DNA of 63,994 bases, counting the filler, from Diploschistes diacapsis (Eukaryota), in assembly GCA_023645945.1 (NCBI GenBank). It is 10 parts of 10 records of this genome, joined end to end, with 100 filler letters (N's around TTAATTAATTAA, not from the genome) between each part and the next. Parts side by side here need not be neighbours in the genome. Positions count along the whole stretch, not along the records: positions 47,674 to 51,759 come from JALAIB010001780.1; positions 51,860 to 55,945 come from JALAIB010001781.1; positions 56,046 to 60,126 come from JALAIB010001782.1; positions 60,227 to 63,994 come from JALAIB010001855.1; 6 more parts are not named here. One strand, written 5' to 3'. The notes beneath the pieces were generated by a model. That model saw nothing but the letters and a program-made list of their open reading frames with translations, did not search any database and was not told the DNA's origin. Below, in pieces: positions 48,755 through 61,004 of this stretch. Both the position numbers and the translations under genes were made by a program. How positions within the stretch are numbered: position 1 is the first letter of the stretch; every line of letters starts with the position of its first letter.

Positions 48755-51236
48755 ATGGCTGCGCAAGCCAGCTCATCGTGAGCAGTTCCACTGGAGGCCT
48801 TTACGAACGCCTACTGATCCGCTCTAGAGTGAACGTGAATGACCCGGGTCTCATCACGCTTGTGAACAAACTACAAGATGTCTTCACCACGGTTGGGGTA
48901 TGTCCTCGAAATCTGGCACCTCATCGAGAGATCTTTTGCGCTCACGCTGCTGGCCTAGGTACAAAACCCGATCGACTTACCGCAAATAGCTGTTGTTGGC
49001 TCCCAGTCAAGTGGCAAGAGTTCGGTGCTAGAGAACATAGTTGGCAGGGACTTGTAAGAGAGACTCGAGGAATGTCATAATGAACAACCTAACATCGTAC
49101 AGTCTGCCTCGAGGGACAGGTATCGTTACTCGGCGACCACTAATTCTACAACTTATCAACAGAGCGGCCGGGAGCAACCAGCAAGCAAACGGCGTCAATG
49201 GGGTGTCCGATAAAGAGGCTAACAAGGACGAATGGGGGGAGTTTTTGCACATCCAAAATAAAAGATTCTACGACTTTAATCAGATTAGAGAGGAGATTGT
49301 ACGAGAAACCGAACAGAAGACCGGACGGAACGCAGGCATATCGCCCGCGCCTATCAATCTACGAATCTACTCACCGCACGTTCTCACGCTGACCTTGGTC
49401 GATCTTCCTGGACTTACTAAAGTCCCTGTCGGTGACCAACCCAGAGATATTGAGAAGCAGATCAAGGACATGGTACTCAAGCAAATCATGAAGCCCAATG
49501 CGATCATTTTGGCAGTTACTGCCGCAAACACAGATCTGGCAAACTCAGATGGGCTCAAGCTGGCAAGGGAAGTCGACCCTGAAGGGCAGCGCACTATTGG
49601 CGTCTTGACCAAGGTAGATTTAATGGACGAGGGTACAGACGTTGTCGACATTCTTGCAGGAAGGATAATTCCGTTACGGCTTGGGTACGTACCTGTAGTC
49701 AACAGGGGCCAAAGAGATATCGAGAACAAACGAGCAATCTCCTTCGCTCTGGAAGCCGAGAAAAGCTTCTTCGACAACCACAAGGCCTATAGGAACAAGA
49801 GCTCGTATTGTGGTACACCTTATCTCGCAAGAAAACTGAATCTCGTAAGCTTGTCACCTTCGCCTTTACTATCTACGCTCGCTAATATCTGTAGATCCTT
49901 ATGATGCACATCAAGCAGACATTGCCAGACATCAAGGCTCGAATCCAGTCATCATTGCAGAAGTACCAGGCTGAACTTGCCAGCCTCGGAGATGCCATGG
50001 GCTTAGGCAACAGTGCTAACATCATTCTCCAAATAATCACAGAATTTTGTAACGAATATCGGACGGTCCTTGAGGGCAGTAACCAGGAACTCTCCAGTAT
50101 AGAGCTATCGGGCGGTGCTAGGATCAGCTTTGTTTTCCACGAAATCTACGCGAACGGTGTCAAGGCTGTTGATCCCTTTGATGTGGTCAAGGATATCGAT
50201 ATTCGGACGATCCTCTACAACTCTTCCGGTTCTTCACCAGCTCTGTTCGTTGGCACAACCGCCTTCGAGCTCATTGTCAAGCACCAAATCAAGCGACTAG
50301 AAGAACCTAGTCAGAGATGCATTTCTCTGATCTACGATGAACTAGTACGCATATTAGGCCAATTGCTTACCAAGCCAATGTTCCGAAGGTATCCTCAATT
50401 GAAAGAAAAATTCCACACTGTTGTCATTGCTTTCTTCAAGAAGGCCATGGACCCCACAAGTAAGCTTGTGAGAGATATGGTTGCTATGGAGGCATGCTAC
50501 ATCAATACAGGCCATCCTGATTTCTTGAATGGACACAGAGTAAGTTCCTAATTCTAAGCAAAGATGGGAGAGAGCTATCTTCAGGGTGCTGTTGTTGAAG
50601 GCTAATAATTTTTATAGGCAATGGCAATCGTCAATGATCGGCACAATTCAGCCAAGCCTGTACAAGTTGATCCGAAAACAGGCAAGCCTCTTCCGCCAGG
50701 AGTACCTCCGCGATCCGCAAGTCCTGCACTCGAATTGGATCCCGAAAAAGGTACTGGATTTTTTGGAAGTTTCTTTGCACCGAAGAATAAGAAGAAGATG
50801 GCTGCCATGGACGCTCCGCCGCCTCAACTTAAAGCTTCTGGTACCCTTAGCGATAAGGAAAATCAAGAAGTCGAAGTTATCAGTGAGTCAGCGGCGTTGG
50901 CTGATAGTAACCAATCGCTAATGCCTGCCAGAACTTCTTATCACCTCGTATTATAGTATTGTCCGCAGAACATTGATTGACATGGTACCCAAAGCGATTA
51001 TGCTTACCCTCGTACAGTAAGTGATTTCTTTACCAATGTTTGAAAAGATATATTGACGGTGGGTAAGATTCACAAAGGATGATATGCAGAAGGAACTGCT
51101 CGAGCATTTGTACCGAAGCAGCGAGGTTGAAGATCTCCTCAAAGAGAGTGACTTCACCATCCGACGGCGAAAGGAATGTCACCAGATGGTCGAATCGCTC
51201 TCCAAGGCCAGCGAAATCGTCAGCCAAGTCCAGTAG
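48755..51236 (+). CDS. VPS1: Vacuolar-sorting dynamin-like GTPase Vps1/VpsA, about 7 introns
   Basis: [70 protein letters not shown] ending [14 protein letters not shown]. Confidence 0.96.
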
Positions 51237-51623
51237 AGACCCACCATTTGTCCCCGTCAATTAGGCTATTGCAACCATACTATTAGCGTCGGCCACTTCA
51301 TGAAGGTTCTCAGTTATCATTACTCTTCCAGTGCGGATCGCAGCCCTAGCTTCATTTCTACATGTTCCAATGATTGTGCACTATACCAGGTTTTGCTTTG
51401 GGGGACTCTGCATCGGCTTCCCTTTGTTTGCTGCTTTATCGGACTCGGCCCAGGAGGCAAGGGAGGATGTTTGGCAGAAAGGTATTGCGTTGGAAGCAGA
51501 TAGATAGTATCTTAGACGGAGCTGCTGTTCAGTAGCGTGTAATAAGCTACTAGCTACATTCGCAAAATCTTGCCAGTCTACCTATTTCGTCCTTTTGCAT
51601 GTCACACCTCGTCGTCTAATTCC

Positions 51624-51759
51624 CCTTTTCCTTTTCCTTTTCCTTTTCCTTTTCCTTTTCCTTTTCCTTTTCCTTTTCCTTTTCCTTTTCCTTTTCCTTT
51701 TCCTTTTCCTTTTCCTTTTCCTTTTCCTTTTCCTTTTCCTTTTCCTTTTCCTTTTCCTT
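51624..51759 (+). repeat. (CCTTTT)n microsatellite, at least 22 units, running into the contig end
   Basis: Perfect hexamer array seen directly. Confidence 0.98.
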
Positions 51760-51937
51760 NNNNNNNNNNNNNNNNNNNNNNNNNNNNNNNNNNNNNNNNN
51801 NNNTTAATTAATTAANNNNNNNNNNNNNNNNNNNNNNNNNNNNNNNNNNNNNNNNNNNNGGGGGGGGGGGGGGCGGCTATTGTGGGACGAAAAAGGATGA
51901 GTCAGTAGTACATATATTTCCAGCAGCTCCGTGTATC

Positions 51938-52405
51938 TCCAGCAGCTCCTTCGCAGGATAGTTCCAGAGATGTTCCGAAGCTGATCTCTACAGTATCCCA
52001 GAATCATCTCTGAAATCTACTTCTTGAACGTCCATCATGGAAAATCTTACGACCATTTATGGAGGGCGCCAAAACCCATCGAATAATGCAAACGAAAATA
52101 TATATATATATATTCTGACCTACGCAACGCATCAACTCGACCTCGCTAAAGAAGCTAAAAAGATTAAAAATCTTTTTGAAGATTAAGATATTTGGAAAGG
52201 GATACGATCTTTTGGCTTCTCCGGTGAGGTCGAGGTGAACATGTTGCGTGGGTCAGAATATATTTGTATTATCGATGGTTTTGGAGCCCTCCATGGCCGG
52301 GTCGTAAGATTTCCCATGATCGAAAGTAGATTCGGGGATGATTTTGGGATACTGTAGAGATCAGCTTCGAAACATCTCTGGGACTTCCTGTGAGGAGCTG
52401 CTGGA
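51938..52405 (+). repeat. Long imperfect inverted repeat (arms about 220-235 nt, short loop near 52180); candidate hairpin RNA
   Basis: Arm-to-arm matches such as CGAAGCTGATCTCTACAGTATCCCA / TGGGATACTGTAGAGATCAGCTTCG. The ORF track gives MILGYCRDQLRNISGT on both strands. Confidence 0.92.
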
Positions 52406-52834
52406 ACGCTCGAGCGCCGGAAAATTTTTGCATCGTTCACACCTACTATTATGTGTGGAAAACGGCGGAACTCATTCAGAGGGAACAATATACAGCGAGA
52501 AGGAGGATATGCAAGGACGATATACTAATTGAGACCGGGAAAGAAGTGTTTTGGGAAGAGCGACGGTGTGGATGGGGAGGTAATGAGGAAGGCTTCTGGC
52601 TTCCGTGCTTCGGGAACACGGACGCACCCATCCTTTATACCGAAGAAACGGCAAAACTTGCATGATCCATTTTCACTTCTCTCTCAACCCCCTGTAACCT
52701 AACCTACCCTACCAGAGAATGGTCAGCATTCCCCCTCACTTTCCCCATACGCCGCGCTAAAAGCAATCCCAGAACCCCCCCCTCTCATCATCTGCCAACA
52801 CCATCCACGACAACCTCCATCTCCAACTCCATCC

Positions 52835-55655
52835 TCACACCATCTTCCCCTCGCCCCCCTTCTCGCTCGCAATGCTCAGCTGCGCGCACAGCCTGCTCAG
52901 CGCGACCGTCTCCGTCGCAGCGTAGTAGTCCAGCGCGTCCAGCAGGATCTTTATGTGACGGTTGAAGTTGTCCTCGTACTTTGTCAGGTCCTCCGTGATT
53001 TTGGCCATGCCGCGGGGGTCGAAGGACTTGTAGTTGTCCGGGACGGGGTGTCGGGCGGAGGGGTAGAGGGTCTTGAGATACTCCATCGCCGGAGGGGTGC
53101 CGGCGAGGGACTTGTCGACGGTGCAGAGCGTGCGCGAGAGGTGCGAGGTGTAGGTGGAGAAGAGGGTGCAGCAGGTGATGAGTTTGTCGCGGATCTGGGG
53201 GAGTGGGGTTGGTTAGCGATGATTGTGGTTTGTACGGTCAATACGGGGTTTGATAGCTAGGTACCTTGAGGAGCTTGGGGTTCATCAACATGCACTCTTT
53301 CAGGCACGTGTCGAGGAAATCGACGTGGTCTTCCATGAGCTCATCCACCGTTCGGTTGGCTGTTTGGCCGGGTTTGTCGCTGCCGTTTACCTTCTCCATT
53401 AGCGTGTGCCAGTTTGGCTCGATCACCTCGGCGGTGCAGTAGTACATGAAGGATTGCACAAAGTTAAGCATTCGCGCCCTGAGCGTCCATGCTCTGCGCT
53501 TCCACGTTTCCAGTTTGCGGTCTCCAGACTTGCGCGTCCAGCTGATGATCTTGTTGTGGTCCTCCCAGCTGTTCACTAGTTGGTTCTCGAGGTGCCGTAG
53601 GGAAAGTAGGTATCGAAATAGGATCTGGTATCGAACAACGGTCTTTGAGCTTATCACTAGCGAAAGTGGAAACGGCACCGCGAATCGGAATTCAAGCGCG
53701 TCATACCCTGTCATCTTTTTGGCCTCCTCGACCTCGTCCTTGATATTCGGTGTTCGTCGTGGGAAGGTCTCCTCCATGCCCTCTTCGAAGCCTTTGACAT
53801 TGACAACACTCATCAAGAACCTTGTCAAGTTCTGATCGTTCATATGTATCTTAATGTCTTCTTTAAACGGATCCAGCGCAGCAACGCTACCGGGCTGCCG
53901 CAGAACGAGATCAAGAAGAGACTGTAGCTTTCCAACGTTCACGTCTTTCGCAAGCTTCTTGAGCTCCGAGTTTCCAAGATACAGAAAGGCCGAGAAAAAG
54001 TCGGATCGATCGAGGAAGAAGTAATGCTTCATGGATCGCAAACGGGCTGGCAGTTCATGAGTCGTTAGGAGGAGGTTTAGGAGGGAAGCATTGGCGTGAG
54101 CATAGGCGTCACTTATGTTGGTAAGGAACCTGGGATCGTCGAATGTCAATGGCACGTCTTGCACCTGCGTGCTAATGTCCACGCCACCGCATTCTCTCAC
54201 AACGTTGAGGTATTTTCCAGCAAGCAGTATCCTATCCTTTATCGCCTCCAACTGAGGTGGCACATCGTTTTCTCGAATAGTATAGCGCTTCTCCCAGTAT
54301 GCATCAGTAAAGTCCTCCTCAAGCTTGTCGCGGTTGATACTCTTTTGCTCTCGGATCAAAAACTCTACATGTGGATCGCGTATGCTTCCTCGGTGTAACC
54401 ATTCGTTCAGCATGGCCATGTATGGCCGGCTTGCATCTCGTAACAACCCCTCCAGTACTTTTGCCGCAGCCGGGTCGCCGGACATTTGAGAGAGACGCTC
54501 AGTAAGCATGCGCAGGACGTTGCCGCCTTTTTGAATCTTGGTTTTGCTTCCAAGGAAGTCACCTCCATCCTTGAGCTGCTCGATCAGATTATCAATGTCA
54601 GAATCGTCGTCTGATCCTACATCTTCCTCCAGCAGCTTGTTTTTCCGCAGGATTTCTTGCGCCAGCGTATAGAGCTGGAAGAGCGTATGACTGACGGGGA
54701 GCATGTGAAGATGGAGAACATGCAGAGTAAAAGCCTCGTTCGTCAATAGTTGGTTTTCCATTTGCGCTATGAGAACGAGGTAGTCTTTGAGAAGTCTCCT
54801 CATGGAAGCGCATAATGCGTGATTGATGGTACCAAAATCCTCGCGACTATGTACATCAATAAAGGCTTCCACAGCAACATAATGCGTGGCCATCTCGAGC
54901 ATGGTAGTTGCCAGATCCCTTAAGCTAGGATCTAAGCCGGGCAGTATCCTATACGTTGGCCCAGCCAGGCGTTCTTTTTCCTCAAGAGGATTGTACGAGC
55001 CGACGAATCGGATGTGTTGCCCTTCGAAACCCATAAATACGAAAAGCAGATCGTCCAGGATCGCAGACTCTTGAGCTTCGACTGAGAGACCCTTCAACAG
55101 CGCTGGCTCTAATGATTCGGGAAGGGTAGAGGCAAGCGGCGGAACTGATATCCTTGAAGCAAGCGGTGCAGTTGTATGAGCAATCAATGAAGCCTGAGGC
55201 TTCCATGACCCTACCGCATTGGATCAGCCCAACAAGCACACAGGGGAGGTGCTAGGGAAGAGCTCACGCTGTGGCTTCTTGGGCTGCTTCAACTTACGGG
55301 AGCCATTTGCGTCTTCGTCATGTCTTGAAGGTTGGGGTGCATGCGTCTTTGCGCTCTGGCTGTATAGAGGTCCGTTTGCGCCGAGATCATTCACTGTCGT
55401 CCGTGTTTTCACGCGATGAGAGTCTTTCGTAACAACATCCATCCGCGCTGTCCGTCTCCCATAAGAGCCAATCGCCGGCGGAGTCATCTTCTGAGATTGC
55501 GACGTGGATCGTCGCGTTGGAGCGTTACTGGCCGAATCAGAAGGTCGCAGCTCGGCATCATCGAGGTGTGTGGACGAGACACGAGCTTTCGTACCGGGAG
55601 CAGGAGCTGCAGTCTTTCTGGACGAGCTTTGGGCGGAATTACGGGCGGCATCCAT
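52835..55655 (-). CDS. SPC97: Gamma-tubulin complex component 2 (Spc97/Alp4), 2 introns
   Basis: AQESAILDDLLFVFMGFEG, YWEKRYTIR, ILLAGKYLNVVRECG, RLRSMKHYFFLD, VPFPLSLVIS, HVDFLDTCLKECML. Confidence 0.95.
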
Positions 55656-55806
55656 GCCGAGGTTTCAAGGTTAGTAAAGTGTGAGAGGATCGACATGGCA
55701 GAGCCAATTCAAATGGCGGAACAGAGATTCTTGCGCGGGGCGGAAGAAAGGTCGACGCGTATGTTGTTTGTGGATGCGCTTTCCGGCTTATTAAACTTGG
55801 ATAGAC

Positions 55807-55945
55807 GGCAAGTGCTATTCTGCCTACTGTACACATAAATTACAAGATGAGTACCATGGTTCTACAGATACTTTCTCAATCACCCAAATTTGTCTGCAGC
55901 CACAAGTACCTGTGGAGTCATCCCCCTCCCCAGCCACATTTGTTT
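55807..55945 (+). mobile_element. Less-mutated terminus of the element family seen at 47674-48564
   Basis: Colinear with the reverse complement of 48457-48564, apart from an ~30-nt indel; differences are mostly C/T and G/A. Confidence 0.7.
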
Positions 55946-56045
55946 NNNNNNNNNNNNNNNNNNNNNNNNNNNNNNNNNNNNNNNNNNNNTTAATTAATTA
56001 ANNNNNNNNNNNNNNNNNNNNNNNNNNNNNNNNNNNNNNNNNNNN

Positions 56046-56376
56046 GGGAGATATTCGTGGGACGGTAAGGGGCGAGAAGAATGGAGATGGTGCAGTGAAG
56101 CCGGCCGCAGCCGGTTCAAAGCAAGATACCCAAGCGAACACCACGCCGAACAGCAATGCAGAAGCAGAAGCAGAAGAGCAAGCGGAGCGCGACAAGCGTG
56201 TGCGCAAGCTGAAGAAGAAGCTGCGCGAGGCGCGGGAGCTGCAAGAAAGAAAGGAAAGGGGCGCGGTGCTGCTGCACGAGCAGTTCGAGAAGGTGATTCG
56301 CATCAGCGAGCTGGTGCGGGATTTGGAGAAGCTTGGGGTTGGACCGGAGGGGGAGTCCAGGGAGTGGAGTGGATAG
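56046..56376 (+). CDS. PYM1: C-terminus of partner of Y14 and Mago (PYM/WIBG), 5'-truncated
   Basis: ERDKRVRKLKKKLREARELQERKERGAVLLHEQFEKVIRISELVRDLEKLG fits the PYM C-terminal pattern. Confidence 0.75.
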
Positions 56377-56828
56377 TAGAGGGAGACATTAAATGGGAGA
56401 GCTGTGTAGAAGGAGACGTCTGAGGGAATTTTTTTTCCCATGCGGTTTTGAGGGTACCGGGATGATGGAAATATTGAACGATGGTATGAGTTGAGGGATT
56501 AGCGCGGCGCTCTTTCTTTTCTTCAGGTACTGTTATGGAACGTCATTGGGATAGTGAAGAGAGATTGGGGAGTTTAGATATGGTAGTATTTCGGCATGGG
56601 AGTATGGATACATCTTGATCTTGCGAGTTCTTTCGTTTCGTTTCGGTAGGCTGGCTGCAAAGGTGGCCGTTTAATACTCTCAGGTCGATTTCTCCCTGCA
56701 TCTCACGGGACAAGCATTGGCCAAGAGCCACATTCTATTATTTTGGGTCAATGAATCTAGCCGAGTTGCTCCCAACCTACCTGCCTAGAACTTTCAAGAA
56801 GAGATGGTTAGAAGCCTTGATCAAAGCC

Positions 56829-58698
56829 TTATCTTCTCTCGGTTGCCCGTAGCGTATTAGCAATCATCCTCGTGGGGATATGAACATATTTCTCGCCCCC
56901 TGGCATCATTCTCTCCAGTCCACTGCCCACCTTTCCCTCCTTTAACCCCATAACCACGTCGAAAGCCGCCCTCGTGCAATCGTGGAAGCTCACGCCCGTG
57001 AACCAACTTCCCGCTACCCTGACCCGACCGTTGTACGCTGATAGTAGACTATTGTGAGCCTGCTGCATGCGCGCGGCGTGGCCGACGGTATACTGCGGTA
57101 TGCAGTCTCTTTGTAGATTCACCATTACCGTATGCGGCTCCTCGTGGATTTTCAGGTGTCGAGCCAGTAGTTTGCGCGCCATCTCCTCTCCTTCCGCTTT
57201 GCTGGGGTAACTGGTCCAGCAGTCCCAGTAATGGCCGCCGAACATCACGGTCAGCTTGGTTCCTTCGGCCGTATCCATGCCGACGCTAGAGTACGTGTCA
57301 AAGACAACGCCCAGGGCTAGCTCGGGGTTCTGTTCGAAAGGCAGGCAACGAGGAATTAAGTAACCGAAGCCGGGGTACTTGAGAAGGTTCGGGTTCTTGA
57401 AGTATAAATTCACGACCATGACGGTTACAGCAGGGGTTTGGTCGAGTTGAGAGTTGCGAAGGTCGGCAGAGCAGGCTGCCGTTAACTTGGAGCCGCCGAT
57501 AGTGGATACAACGTGGGAGAAGTGATGAAGTTTGGACCCTGCCTTAGATTTGGGAGTGTTCACGTGCGCTATGAGCTTGGACACGGTTAGCAGGCTAGTA
57601 ATAGCAAGTAATAGTATGGAAGCGGACCGCGAACTCACCTTCTGGCCCTGCTCCGAAACTACTATCTTGGTGACAGAATGACCCTTATATAACTGCACGC
57701 TGGGCTTTTCTTGCAGGTGATTCGTAAGATATTGGGGAATCTTTTGCAGACCACCTTGGAGCGTCCAGACGCTTGCGTTTCGCAGCTTCGGATCTGTTTT
57801 TTTCTCACTCGTAGGAGATATGGTGGCTAGATTCTTTGCAGTACTGAACATGGATGAGGCCACTAACTTTTGCCGGTTCCATAATGACCAGATAAAGTAG
57901 CCTATCAACGAGGAGTGTCTTGTGTCCAGATATCTTATGGAGGGCATTAGTGACGCTACACTGAGCTTCTCGATATCGCCTGCGTAAATCCCATGAAACG
58001 CTGCCGACACAAATCTATCGGCTATCAACGGTGAAACCTTGCGCCTAGCCCATGATGCGATAGATTCATCTGTAAACGGTGCAGATGCAACTTCCAGCCT
58101 TGGATTGACTATTTGGGACCATTGTGTTCTGCAACAATCAGTGAGCAGGCCGTGAAACAGTGGCTCACGCAGTATGCCCAAAAAGGGACCGCCTAGAAGA
58201 ACGAGATGATCAGGGTAATAAATGTATCGGTTCGTCGCTGCTGGGGAATCCTTCGATGTGACGAGGACATCTTCTGAAAGGCCGAGACGGGCAACCTGGT
58301 GCACGGTCAAGACACGTCTTTTTTACTTCCCTCCGTGAAGGAGAACGAACGAGATCTGAGGTAACTATGGACTCTGGTGAGTTTCGTAAGGTCCTCGGGC
58401 CATGCTCGAAGAAGACATGCTTGCCACCCACATCGACCTTTGATGATCTCACCCAGCCCCCGAACCTGTCCGAGCCTTCGAAAAGGCTGATTTTGGCGTA
58501 GGGAAAAGCCTGGGTCAGGTAATAGGCGCTTGTAAGCCCTGTGATACCTCCCCCAAGAACAGCTACATCTGTCACGGGATGATCGGAGCTCAGCCCAAGG
58601 CGATGAGCTGTTGTAGTAAACAAGCGTGTTTTAGAGACAGGACTCGTCAATAGCTTTTGAAGTTTCAAAGGTGAATAATTGGAGCTTCTGAGTTGCAT
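56829..58698 (-). CDS. HEM14: Protoporphyrinogen oxidase, introns 58296-58350 and 57576-57638
   Basis: VAVLGGGITGL, FEHGPRTLR, NRYIYYPDHL, HGIYAGDIEKLS, GFGYLIP, CIPQYTVGH. Confidence 0.96.
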
Positions 58699-58824
58699 AA
58701 TAGCATCTCATTACGCAGTGTCGTGCTGCTTCAAGTACATGAGGGCCTCAGAAGGAGGAAGTCTCGTAGGATGAGACCTGATGTATTCGGCGGATATTTT
58801 CGCCGCCTCCTGTGGACCTATATA

Positions 58825-60126
58825 CAGTACTAGGCCAAAAGTAGTTAGATACACCATAAGCGGCAGTAAATAAACAAGTTGTTATGATCTCTATCTCTAC
58901 AAGGTAGACACGAGGTATTAATTAAGGTGGGTTTGATCTCTGTTAAAAGAGGAATATAGGAAGAAGAAGAAGAAGATCGGTTATAGATCTATACTAATCT
59001 CTAAAAAGATTACTTTCTATTTAATAGAACGTAATGAATATAAATCGATCTCGAACAATCGCTAAAGATATCTATAAAAGTAAACATATCCCGACTTATA
59101 AGAACCATAGCGGTGTTCTTATATAACCGACTACTCCCTAGCGAAATAAATTAATAAATAAATAAAACTATCGTTCTCCCGTTCTATTTATAGAAGAATA
59201 AAATAGCCTCTAAAACTTTCTACTCATTACGTGACCGGTATCACCATAATTGGATTATATACAAAGAATGGTTAAAAAGTACCCGACTAACTATAACGTG
59301 CTAAATAATTATCCTAATACCCTAAATCGTAATACTATTTCCCTCCTTTAACCTTATCGGCCCGATAAGCACCGAAAAATAAACATAAATATTAAACAAA
59401 AGAAAATCCCAAGTCGTAAGATAACGATATCTTCTTTATCTTCTAAATAAAAGAAACGTCTAAATTCCATTATTCGTCTTCGGAATTATCTAAACACATT
59501 ACCTTATAACTACTATCTATTTTCTCACGACTATATTAAGATACCCTTTATTTCCGTTAAATGCGCTCGCTGTGCTAAGTCTAATAAAAAGAATTACATT
59601 TCTGTCACCTAAAAAATAGTTAAACGAACTATCCTTTCGACGCGCGAAGAAATCGATAAAGATAAAAAGCTTATTAACGAGGATAATAAACAAAAAAAAG
59701 CTAAAAAAACAACTCCGTAAGATTAAAGATCGTCATTTCTAACGCAAACGTCGCATTCGTCGTAATCGAAAAATTCTTAAATTAACGAAAGATCGTACTA
59801 ACGAACAAAAGCGTTATTTAACGGAAAAACTAGATTTAGAATCGTCCGAGACATACACCAACGCCTAAAAAGATTTACCAACGAAATTTAATTCAGAATT
59901 ATCTAAACTAACGATAATATCGTCAAATTAATTAAACTAAATCCTAAGAAATAAAACTCCCGTTTCGCCAGATTAATTTTTATATCAAATATACGTATGT
60001 TTCATAAACTTTCTACCCCCAATCCCAATTATCTTTAATAATAAATCCATTAGTATCGTAAAATTTCGCTAACTTTACCTTATAATTCCCTAGATTTTCC
60101 TTAGGTTCTCATATCATATCTAACTC
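58825..60126 (+). mobile_element. RIP-degraded Tc1/mariner-type element (TIR shared with the MITE at 47874), interrupted by a family A LTR
   Basis: TA|CAGTACTAGGCCAAAAGTAGTTAGATACACCATAAGCGGCAGTAAA at 58825. The AT-rich remainder holds a Cys-motif/coiled-coil ORF relic. Confidence 0.7.
58880..59334 (+). repeat. Full-length family A LTR (about 455 bp)
   Basis: TGTTATGATC...AATCGTAATA (mutated GATCGTAACA); colinear with 16859-17308. Confidence 0.8.
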
Positions 60127-61004
60127 NNNNNNNNNNNNNNNNNNNNNNNNNNNNNNNNNNNNNNNNNNNNTTAATTAATTAANNNNNNNNNNNNNNNNNN
60201 NNNNNNNNNNNNNNNNNNNNNNNNNNGGCTTGAGGGGGGCATCGTTGGTTAATGACGTGGTGGGATGGCGGAGGGGGGTAAGTGAGGGTTGATGGTGGAG
60301 AAGAGACGGGAGTGTTATGGGTGTAGTGGGTCCGGTCTTCGAACAAGTGCTTTAGGCGAACCATTTCCCGGCGGGACCAATGTGTGTCAATGTGGAAAAG
60401 TGACATGTCTTTTTAAAAAATACAAAATAAGGGGTCAGGAAGAAGTGAAGCGGAAGCGTCCACTCATGGCTTGTATTGAGGACCGTTCTTGCCACAACGT
60501 AATGTTTTACATGGATTTCCTCCGTTTTCCCACGCGCTATCATTTTACATGTACTACAAGGATTATCACATATTTCTAGTATTTCTAACGTCTTCAACAT
60601 CTCCGCCAGTGCTGGCCACAGCAGCAGCGTTAATAGCGGCATCAGAGCCCTCCAGTATCTTCTGGAGGGGATATGTATATGAAGCATTAGAAGAAGATAT
60701 ATTGACAGAGATGTTAGGATTTTTCAGGCCGCAGATGTGAAAGGCCGAAAAGGTAGTGGGAATGTGGCTGCTCTGAGGCGATCAGAGAAACTGTGAGTTA
60801 TTGATGAATCGTATTCGAAAGATTCAGATATGGCGCAAGGTTTGGCTCGTGCTTCTGGTCTTCTATTATTAAGTCCAAACCGCAAGTCATGTCTTATGGA
60901 TCATGCCTCCTCTTTATATTCTTCGTTCAACATTTTGATTTGTCTAATATTCATCCTGGATTGTTCCTGCAAACTGTCTACTTGAGTGATCTGAACCTGA
61001 CATA

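Noticed and set aside
51624..51759. (CCTTTT)n as a telomere, or the FP/FL repeat ORFs as proteins
   Set aside because: It is not a TTAGGG-type repeat. It is a microsatellite at an assembly break and the ORFs are by-products.
7696..58698. HEM3 and HEM14 as a heme biosynthesis cluster
   Set aside because: They lie on different contigs joined only by artificial linkers.
58875..59339. Target-site duplication around the family A LTR
   Set aside because: The flanks CAAGT and CTATT match at only 3 of 5 positions, so a clean solo-LTR insertion cannot be claimed.
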